From Sphingomonas bacterium (lineage in GTDB: Bacteria; Pseudomonadota; Alphaproteobacteria; Sphingomonadales; Sphingomonadaceae), in the NCBI RefSeq assembly GCF_028293085.1, contig NZ_JAQGLC010000082.1, positions 7,615-71,614 on the forward strand: a DNA stretch of 64,000 nt, read 5' to 3'. Made by a program: the position numbers and the translations under genes. The notes beneath the pieces are model-generated. The model ran no database searches and was not told the DNA's origin. It saw only the letters and a list, made by a program, of their open reading frames with translations. Of this stretch, positions 20,273 to 27,675 are shown piece after piece; position 1 is the stretch's first letter; each line of letters opens with the position of its first letter.

Positions 20273-20731
20273 ATGGGCGGCAAATATTACGAGGAACTGG
20301 AACCCGGCATGGTGTTCAAGCACCAGGTGACGCGCACCGCGACCGAGACCGATAATCTGCTCTTCACCGTGCTCGGCCATAACGACCAGCCGCTCCATCT
20401 CGATGTCGAATTCGCCAAGGGCAGCATCCATGGCTCGATCGCGGTGAACAGCCTGTGGACGCTGAACCTGATCGGCGGCATCTCGGTCCGCGACACGACG
20501 CTCGGCACCACGATGGGCAATCTCGGTTATGAGGAAATCCGTTTCCCGAATCCGGTGCGCATCGGCGACACGATCCGTGGCGAGACGCACATTGTCTCGA
20601 AGCGCGAAAGCAAGAAGCATCCCAATGCCGGCATCGTGATCTTCAAGCATTTCGGCTATAATCAGAAGGACGAGGTCGTCGTCACCGCGGTCCGCGCGGG
20701 CATGATGCTGAAAAAGCCTGTCGAGGCCTGA
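20273..20731 (+). CDS. MaoC family dehydratase
   Basis: GKYYEE, TETDNLLF....NDQPLHLD, RFPNPVRIGDT. Confidence 0.9.
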   Translation: MGGKYYEELEPGMVFKHQVTRTATETDNLLFTVLGHNDQPLHLDVEFAKGSIHGSIAVNSLWTLNLIGGISVRDTTLGTTMGNLGYEEIRFPNPVRIGDTIRGETHIVSKRESKKHPNAGIVIFKHFGYNQKDEVVVTAVRAGMMLKKPVEA

Positions 20732-20793
20732 TCACCCCCTAAAACAGGCGCGGCGGATCAATCCCGCGCGACAGCCCGGGCGAGGATAAAGCC

Positions 20794-21960
20794 ATGGATT
20801 TCGAACTCACCGACGATCAGCGCGCGATCCGTGATGCGGTCACCGCGCTGATGAAGGACTATCCCGACGAATATTGGGAGCAGAAGGACGACAAGCACGA
20901 ATTCCCCTGGGAATTCTACAACGCCTTTGCCGAGGCCGGCTTTCTGGGTGTCACCATTCCCGAGGAATATGGCGGCTCGGGCCTGGGCCTGATCGAGGCG
21001 ATGATGGCGCTCGGCCCGGTCTCGGGCAGTGGCGCCGGGCTTTCGGGCGCTACCCCGGTGCATGTCGGCATCTTCGGCATGACCCCGGTGGTCAAGTTCG
21101 GCAGCGAGGAGATGAAGCGGAAATATCTGCCCGCCCTGGTGAAGGGCGATCTCCATGTGTGCTTCGGCATCACCGAGCCCGATGCCGGGACCGACACGAC
21201 CTCGATCACCACCAACGCCAAGCGCGATGGCGATCATTACGTCATCAACGGCCGCAAGGTCTGGACGTCCAAGGCCGAGCAGTCCTCCAAGTGCATGCTG
21301 CTCACGCGCACCACCCCGCTGGCGGAGTGCAAGCGCAAGACCGACGGCATGACCCTGTTCCTGGCCGATCTCGACCCCGATCACGTTACGATCCGGCCGA
21401 TCCCGAAGATGGGCCGCAACGCGGTGTCGTCCTGCGAGGTCTGGTATGACGATCTGCGCGTGCATGAGAGCGACCGGATCGGTGAGGAAGGACAGGGCTT
21501 CAAATATCTGCTCGACGGCCTCAATGCCGAACGCATCCTGGTCGCCTGGCAGGCGATCAAGCTGGGCCAGCGTGCGATCGAGCGCGCGACGCAATATGCC
21601 AAGGACCGCAAGGTGTTCGGCCGCGCGATCGGGCAGAATCAGGGCATCCAGTTCCCGCTCGCCGATTCCTACGCCAAGCTCGAGGCGGCCGAGATCCTGA
21701 CGATGAAGGCAGCCTGGCAGTACGACAATGATCTGCCCTGCGGTGAACTCGCCAACATCGCCAAATATCTCGCCTCCGAGGCGGCATTCGAGGCGGCCGA
21801 CCGCGCGGTGCAGACGCATGGCGGCTATGGCTATGCCCGCGAATATCATGTCGAGCGCTATTTCCGCGAAGCGCGCGTGTGGAAGATCGCGCCGATCTCG
21901 CAGAATCTCGTCCTGTCGTTCGTCGCGGAGAAGATCCTGGGCCTGCCGCGCTCCTTCTGA
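20794..21960 (+). CDS. acyl-CoA dehydrogenase
   Basis: PEEYGGSG, CFGITEPDAGTD, NGRKVWTS, LNAER, QTHGGYGYAREYHVER. Confidence 0.95.
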   Translation: MDFELTDDQRAIRDAVTALMKDYPDEYWEQKDDKHEFPWEFYNAFAEAGFLGVTIPEEYGGSGLGLIEAMMALGPVSGSGAGLSGATPVHVGIFGMTPVVKFGSEEMKRKYLPALVKGDLHVCFGITEPDAGTDTTSITTNAKRDGDHYVINGRKVWTSKAEQSSKCMLLTRTTPLAECKRKTDGMTLFLADLDPDHVTIRPIPKMGRNAVSSCEVWYDDLRVHESDRIGEEGQGFKYLLDGLNAERILVAWQAIKLGQRAIERATQYAKDRKVFGRAIGQNQGIQFPLADSYAKLEAAEILTMKAAWQYDNDLPCGELANIAKYLASEAAFEAADRAVQTHGGYGYAREYHVERYFREARVWKIAPISQNLVLSFVAEKILGLPRSF

Positions 21961-21969
21961 TCCCACCTT

Positions 21970-22005
21970 CCGCCGGGCGCCCACTGCCCGGCGGCGCTTT
22001 CTTTT
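21970..22005 (+). terminator. probable intrinsic terminator
   Basis: CCGCCGGGC/GCCCGGCGG 9-bp stem followed by a T-rich tract after the ACAD stop. Confidence 0.6.
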
Positions 22006-22085
22006 CAAAAAGCTCTGGCGCAACCGCGTCACGCCATGTATTCTCCTTCAGAAATAAGCTTCTCTATAAAAAATGGAGGGATGCA

Positions 22086-23297
22086 GTGGGTTTGGATGTG
22101 GCAGAACCGGCGAAGCCGATCGCGTTTGACCTGTTCGACGCGAGCGACAGCTTTCGCGAAAATCCTTTTCCAACCTATCGCATGCTGCGCGACGACGCGC
22201 CTCTGCTCGAAAATCCGGACGGCAGCTTCATCGTCAGCCGTTATGCCGATGTCGATCGCGTGCTGAGCTCGACCGAGACGTCGACCGACAAGTCCGCCGA
22301 ATTCCGCAAGGTGATGGGCGAGGGCGCGATCTTCGAATTCCAGATCACCTCGATGACGACCTGGGATCCGCCCCGGCACGGCAAGATCCGCAAGGCGTTG
22401 GCGCGCGCCTTCACGCCCCGCGCGATGACGCAATGGGAGCCCCTGGTCCGCGATACGGTCGACGAACTGATCCGCGATATCGATCGGCCCGGCGCGGTCG
22501 ATCTCGTCCCCGATTTCTCGGCCGCGCTGCCGCTGACTCTGATCTGCAAGATGCTCGGCGTCTCGACCGAGGATCGCCTGCGCTTTCGGGATTGGGCACG
22601 CTCGATCACGACCAGCCTCGATCCCGGGGTGAAGCCCGATGTCATCGCGCTGGCGAACCAGCACAGCGAGGAATGGAAGGCCTATTTCCGCGAGCTGATC
22701 GCGATCCGCCGCAAGGATCCGGGTAGCGATCTGGTTTCGATGCTGCTTGCCAACGACGATGAGGAAGCCTTTTCCGAGCTCGCGCTGCTGCATAACATCG
22801 CCCTGCTGCTGTCGGGCGGGCACGAGACCACCACCAACCTGATCACCAGCGCGGTAGATTCCTGCCTCGCCTTTCCCGACCAGGCGGATCGCCTGCGCAA
22901 GGACCCGAGCCTCTTCACGCCCGCGGTCGAGGAATTCCTGCGCTTCGAAAGCCCGGTGCAGATGGGCGCGCGCCGCACCACGGCGCCGCTCGAGCTGAGC
23001 GGCGGCACCGTGCCCGCCAACCGCACGATCTGGACGTTGCAGGGAGCGGCCAATCGCGACGAGCGCAAATTCGCCGATCCCGACCGGCTCGATGTCGGGC
23101 GCACGCCCAACCGGCACCTCGCCTTCGCCACCGGCATCCATGTCTGCCTTGGCGCGCCGCTTGCGCGGCTCGAGGCGCGAGTCGCGATGGAGCGGCTGAT
23201 CTGCGACTTCCCCGATCTGCATCTCGCCGGCACGCCGGAGCGCCATTTGCGGACCCGCTACCGCGGCTTCCTCCATTATCCGGTGGCGATGCGATAG
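22086..23297 (+). CDS. cytochrome P450 (CYP107/BioI-like)
   Basis: DPPRHGKIR, SGGHETT, EFLRFESP, AANRD, FATGIHVCLG; GTG start chosen after GGAGG. Confidence 0.93.
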   Translation: MGLDVAEPAKPIAFDLFDASDSFRENPFPTYRMLRDDAPLLENPDGSFIVSRYADVDRVLSSTETSTDKSAEFRKVMGEGAIFEFQITSMTTWDPPRHGKIRKALARAFTPRAMTQWEPLVRDTVDELIRDIDRPGAVDLVPDFSAALPLTLICKMLGVSTEDRLRFRDWARSITTSLDPGVKPDVIALANQHSEEWKAYFRELIAIRRKDPGSDLVSMLLANDDEEAFSELALLHNIALLLSGGHETTTNLITSAVDSCLAFPDQADRLRKDPSLFTPAVEEFLRFESPVQMGARRTTAPLELSGGTVPANRTIWTLQGAANRDERKFADPDRLDVGRTPNRHLAFATGIHVCLGAPLARLEARVAMERLICDFPDLHLAGTPERHLRTRYRGFLHYPVAMR

Positions 23298-23337
23298 CGT
23301 GCCGCGCCGCTCCTTCTCCGATTGTCTGGATGCCAGC

Positions 23338-25443
23338 ATGAACATGAAGCGTTTCGGAAACATCGCGTTCGCCGCAAGCAGTCTCGTCGCGATTGCCGCG
23401 CTGCTCGGCAATGCGGCGGGGGCGAGCGACGTGAAGGCGCTGTCGCCGGCGGCCGACACGAAGGACGGCACCAACTGGCAGAATTACGGCCGCACCTATG
23501 ACGACGACCATTTCAGTCCGCTGACCCAGGTCAACGACGCGAATATCGGCCAGCTTGGTCTCGTCTGGTCTTATGATCTGGACACCTTCGATTCCTTCAC
23601 CGCCCCGCTCGAGGTGGACGGCGTGCTCTATTTCGCGGTCGGCGATGCCGTCGTCCACGCGATGGACGCACGCACCGGCAAGCTGCTGTGGAAATATGAT
23701 CCCGAGGTGTGGAAGGTCGCGGGCAAGAAGATGCGTGCCGGATGGGGCCAGCGCGGCATCGCCTTCGATCACGGCAAGGTTTTTACCGGCACGCGCGACG
23801 GCCGGCTCATCGCGATCGACGCGAAGACTGGCAAATTGTTGTGGAGCCAGATGACCGTCGATCCGAACGACGACGCCTATATCAGCGGGCCGCCCTGGGT
23901 GTTCAACAACAAGGTGATCATCGGTTTTGGCGGCGGCGATTACGGGCCGGTGCGCGGCTACGTCACCTCCTATGATCAGACGACGGGCAAGCAGGCCTGG
24001 CGTTTTTATACTGTCCCCGGCGATCCCAAAAAGGGCTTTGAGGACGAGGCCCAGGCCATGGCCGCGAAGACCTGGACTGGCGAATGGTGGAAATGGGGCG
24101 GCGGCGGCAATGTCTGGCACGCCATGAACTATGATCCGAAATACAACCGGATCTATCTCGGCACCGGCAACGGCTTCCCCTGGAACCAGAAGATCCGCAG
24201 CCCCGGCGGCGGCGACAATCTCTTCGTCGCCTCGATCGTCGCGCTCGATGCCGATACCGGCAAATATGTCTGGCACTATCAGGCCAATCCCGGGAACACC
24301 TGGGATTATAACAACAATATGGATATCCAGCTCGCCGATCTGACGATCGACGGCAAGGTCCGCTCGGTCATCCTGCACGCGCCGAAGAACGGCTTTTTCT
24401 ACGTCATCGATCGCGAGACCGGGAAGCTGATCTCCGCCGACAAGTTCGCGCATGTGAACTGGGCCGATCATATCGACCTGGAAACGGGGCGGCCGGTGGA
24501 GAACCCTGCGGCGCGCTATGAAGACGGCAAGCCCTTTGTCCTGTTCCCCTCGACGGTCGGCGCACACGCCGTTTCGTCCATGTCTTTCAGTCCGAAGACC
24601 GGGCTTACCTATATCCCGGCGATCGACATGCCGACGGTCGTCTCCGATCCGCCGGACATGAAGAACTGGAAATATCGCGAGGGCATGTTCTTCAATCCCG
24701 GCGTTGGCCCGATCCCTGCCGACATTAAATTGCCGACCCCGACCAGCGCGCTCCTCGCTTATGATCCGGTAAAGCAGAAGGCCGCGTGGCAGGTCCCGCA
24801 GAGCGGGCAGGCCAATGGCGGCACGATCGCGACTGCGGGGAACCTGGTCTTCCAGGGTCTCGGCTCGGGGGATTTCGTCGCCTACGCGGCCGACAGCGGC
24901 AAGCGGCTATGGTCCTATCCGGTGCAGAACGGCATCCTCGGCAACGCGATCACCTATACCGTCCGGGGCAGGCAATATGTCACCGTCATTACCGGCTGGC
25001 GCCGCAACGGGCCGACCACGCCGCAATGGGATTACCGTCAACAGAAGCGGCGCGTGCTGACTTTCGCAATCGGCGGCAAGGCGACACTGCCGCCGGCGAT
25101 TTTCACCGAGGAGCCGATCGTCGACGATCCGGCCTTCGCGATCGATTCGGCCAAAGCCGCGGTCGGCGAGGCGATCGTTACCCAGAGCTGCCGCATCTGC
25201 CATGGGACCGTGCTGCGGCCCGGCGGTGGGGCGCCCGATCTGCGCAAGTCCGCCATCCCGCTCGATGCCGAGGCTTTCCAGTCGGTCGTGCGCGACGGGG
25301 CGCTGATGCAGCGCGGCATGCCGAGCTTCGCCGAGTTCACCCCCGCCGAACTGGAAGGTCTGCGCCATTACATCCGCCAGCGGGCTCGCGCAGACCTCGC
25401 TGCCACCACTAGGGTGTCGGGGCCGACTATTCCCGGTTCGTGA
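23338..25443 (+). CDS. periplasmic PQQ-dependent quinohemoprotein dehydrogenase with C-terminal cytochrome c
   Basis: Signal peptide, FSPLTQVN, Trp-docking repeats (DAKTGKLLW), GGGNVW, WDY, KNGFFYVIDR, CRICH, GMPSF. Confidence 0.92.
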   Translation: MNMKRFGNIAFAASSLVAIAALLGNAAGASDVKALSPAADTKDGTNWQNYGRTYDDDHFSPLTQVNDANIGQLGLVWSYDLDTFDSFTAPLEVDGVLYFAVGDAVVHAMDARTGKLLWKYDPEVWKVAGKKMRAGWGQRGIAFDHGKVFTGTRDGRLIAIDAKTGKLLWSQMTVDPNDDAYISGPPWVFNNKVIIGFGGGDYGPVRGYVTSYDQTTGKQAWRFYTVPGDPKKGFEDEAQAMAAKTWTGEWWKWGGGGNVWHAMNYDPKYNRIYLGTGNGFPWNQKIRSPGGGDNLFVASIVALDADTGKYVWHYQANPGNTWDYNNNMDIQLADLTIDGKVRSVILHAPKNGFFYVIDRETGKLISADKFAHVNWADHIDLETGRPVENPAARYEDGKPFVLFPSTVGAHAVSSMSFSPKTGLTYIPAIDMPTVVSDPPDMKNWKYREGMFFNPGVGPIPADIKLPTPTSALLAYDPVKQKAAWQVPQSGQANGGTIATAGNLVFQGLGSGDFVAYAADSGKRLWSYPVQNGILGNAITYTVRGRQYVTVITGWRRNGPTTPQWDYRQQKRRVLTFAIGGKATLPPAIFTEEPIVDDPAFAIDSAKAAVGEAIVTQSCRICHGTVLRPGGGAPDLRKSAIPLDAEAFQSVVRDGALMQRGMPSFAEFTPAELEGLRHYIRQRARADLAATTRVSGPTIPGS

Positions 25444-25508
25444 GCGAAATTCGCCTAGGAATTATCCTAAGGCATTGAAATAATTATGTAAAAATATGGT
25501 CTCGTTTT

Positions 25509-25570
25509 CGAGGCGTCGAGGGGGAGATATGGGACATCTGAGTGTCCCATATCTCCATCGCGGCGCCTCG
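25509..25570. repeat. long inverted repeat/hairpin (REP-like or bidirectional terminator)
   Basis: Perfect 14-bp stem GGAGATATGGGACA/TGTCCCATATCTCC extended by CGAGGCG/CGCCTCG, between convergent genes. Confidence 0.7.
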
Positions 25571-25670
25571 CAGCGGTAGCAATCGCGCCGTTGATCAAAC
25601 CAGCGGCTGGCGTCGCTACCCCGCGACAATGACCGCTATACCGCCGTCATCCTTGCGGGCCGGCACGGCC

Positions 25671-27098
25671 TCAGGCGTCGGCGACGTCTGCGATCGCCTG
25701 GTTGCGGAGCATCTCGTCCCGCTCGGCGCGGAAGCCCCTGGCGGCGATCGACGACAGGATGATCGCGAGCACCCCGAAGAAGATCGAGATGCCAGCCATC
25801 GACTCGCCGATCCGGTTGGGGTCGTGCAGAATCTTCGAGGCCACCAGCGGCACTGCGGTGGTGCCGATGCCGTACCCCATCAGGCTGACGATCACGAAAT
25901 AATAGGCCGCCGCCACGCCGCGCAGGCGCGGCGGGCAGGCGAGCTGGAGCGAGGTCGACGCCATGCTCATCGGGAAGATGTAGGAGAAGGTCAGCCCTGC
26001 CAGGCAGGCGAGCGCGATCGTTTCCGACTTGGCGAAGTAGAGCAGGCTGGCGAACAGAACGAGCAGATACGGCCCGATCCGTACCGTCAGCATGGTCGGG
26101 TAGTTGCTCCAGCGCTTGAGCACCGAGTTGATCAGCGGGCTGGCAATGCCGCCCGCCAGGCCGAAGACCAGCACCAGGGTGCCGTAGCGGCTGCCGACTT
26201 CGGCCGGATTGAGCCCGAAGGTTCGCGCCAGGAAGGTCGGCGCCCAGGCGGTGATCGTCAGCATGACGAGCGAGGAGCAGGCCAGCCCGAAGAAGAAGGT
26301 GAAATAGAAGGACCAGCGCTTGAGCATATAAGCCGTGCCGTCGATCAGCCCATATTGGGCCTCGGTCGCCTCGCTCGGTTTGGCCGTCGCGCCTTTGGTC
26401 CGCTTGATGTCGGGGACGGTCGCCATCAGCAGGATGGGGATCAGCCCGGCCAGGCCGACGAAGATCAGGGTCAACTGCCAGCCGCGGATCGTGCCGAGCA
26501 GCGGGATCGACACGCTGGCGATCTGTTCTGTCGTGTTGAGCAGCAGTCCGCCGCCGAGCAGCGCCAGGCCGCCCCCGACCGACGGTGCCGCGATGAAGAT
26601 GCTGGTCGCGATCGGCAGGCGCTTGCGGTCGTAGAGATCGGCGATCAGCGACATGCCGGCGGGATAAAGGAATGCCTCGGACGCGCCGACGAACAGACGC
26701 GAAAAGAACAGTCCCTGATAGCTGTCGGCGAACGCCGCGGCCATCGTGCCGATGCCCCAGGCGACGCCAGCGAAGATCAGCAGGCGCGTGCGGTTGAACC
26801 GGTCGGCGCACCAGCCCGCGGGCAGGCCAAGCGCGACATAGCTCAGGATGAAGGCCGGCCCGAGCAGATAGCCGACCTCGAGATCGCTCGCGCCGAAGTC
26901 ACGCTTGATCGGCGCGACCAGCATGTTGAAGATCTGCCGGTCGACGAAGGCGAAGCAATAGACCAGCGTGAGGATGATTACGCCGTAATAGATGCCGAGC
27001 ACGCCGCCCATCGGGGCGCGCGCCTCTCGCCCGGCGACGGCACCGGGGGCGGGTTCGGCCAGGCTATTCACGGGAAGCGACGGCGTTCGGGGCGTCAT
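25671..27098 (-). CDS. MFS transporter (spinster-like)
   Basis: FAFVDRQI, GWCADRFNR, RLFVGASEA, about 12 hydrophobic segments. Confidence 0.92.
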   Translation of the reverse strand: MTPRTPSLPVNSLAEPAPGAVAGREARAPMGGVLGIYYGVIILTLVYCFAFVDRQIFNMLVAPIKRDFGASDLEVGYLLGPAFILSYVALGLPAGWCADRFNRTRLLIFAGVAWGIGTMAAAFADSYQGLFFSRLFVGASEAFLYPAGMSLIADLYDRKRLPIATSIFIAAPSVGGGLALLGGGLLLNTTEQIASVSIPLLGTIRGWQLTLIFVGLAGLIPILLMATVPDIKRTKGATAKPSEATEAQYGLIDGTAYMLKRWSFYFTFFFGLACSSLVMLTITAWAPTFLARTFGLNPAEVGSRYGTLVLVFGLAGGIASPLINSVLKRWSNYPTMLTVRIGPYLLVLFASLLYFAKSETIALACLAGLTFSYIFPMSMASTSLQLACPPRLRGVAAAYYFVIVSLMGYGIGTTAVPLVASKILHDPNRIGESMAGISIFFGVLAIILSSIAARGFRAERDEMLRNQAIADVADA

Positions 27099-27152
27099 GT
27101 GGCATCTCTCGGTCGCCCCTCAGGTTTCTTGTTATGCACAAGCCATATCAGC

Positions 27153-27169
27153 AAAGTTGTCTGGACATC
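27153..27169 (+). promoter_or_regulatory. motif C operator AAAGTTGTCTGGACATC
   Basis: TGTCTGGACA near-palindrome; 16/17 identical to 15323-15339. Confidence 0.55.
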
Positions 27170-27408
27170 AATAGGCGCCGTCGGATCCTGCCGCGCCTAT
27201 ATCTATGGCGGGCAAGCTGAACGGCTGCACAACGTCGAACGGGGGCGGCTGCCGGATCTGCGCAGCGCCGTCCGAGTCGAAAACGCCTCCTCCGTTTTGC
27301 CTTCGGCATCCTGGAACGATCAGATCGAAGGCTGTGCGACAACCAATTCGGCGATGCCTGCACGAGTGCGACATATTTGCCACCGTTTTGGTTACATTGC
27401 TATTGCGC

Positions 27409-27430
27409 CTAATTCATTATGATGATCATG
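27409..27430 (+). promoter_or_regulatory. motif A operator CTAATTCATTATGATGATCATG
   Basis: Exact 22-bp copy at 46818-46839. Confidence 0.75.
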
Positions 27431-27540
27431 TTAATAGGCAAAGGGCTTCTCAGTCGACTCGGCTATCTCGTTGATCGGCCCGGTTTTCCGCGGTTTTTGC
27501 CTGTTTCCAAGGTGTGAGATCGCGGGGCCATGAGAGGCTC

Positions 27541-27559
27541 AATATTCTCTATAGTGAAT
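27541..27559. promoter_or_regulatory. motif B site AATATTCTCTATAGTGAAT
   Basis: Near-palindrome; similar to 18169-18186. Confidence 0.5.
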
Positions 27560-27675
27560 TCTATTGCCCATATCGAATTTTGCTTGCGTGATATGGGCTA
27601 GTTTCGGTAAGACAGTTTCAGACTGGATGTGGCCGCAGAGCCCGACGGCGCCATTAGGTGATGGGGAGGATTTCA

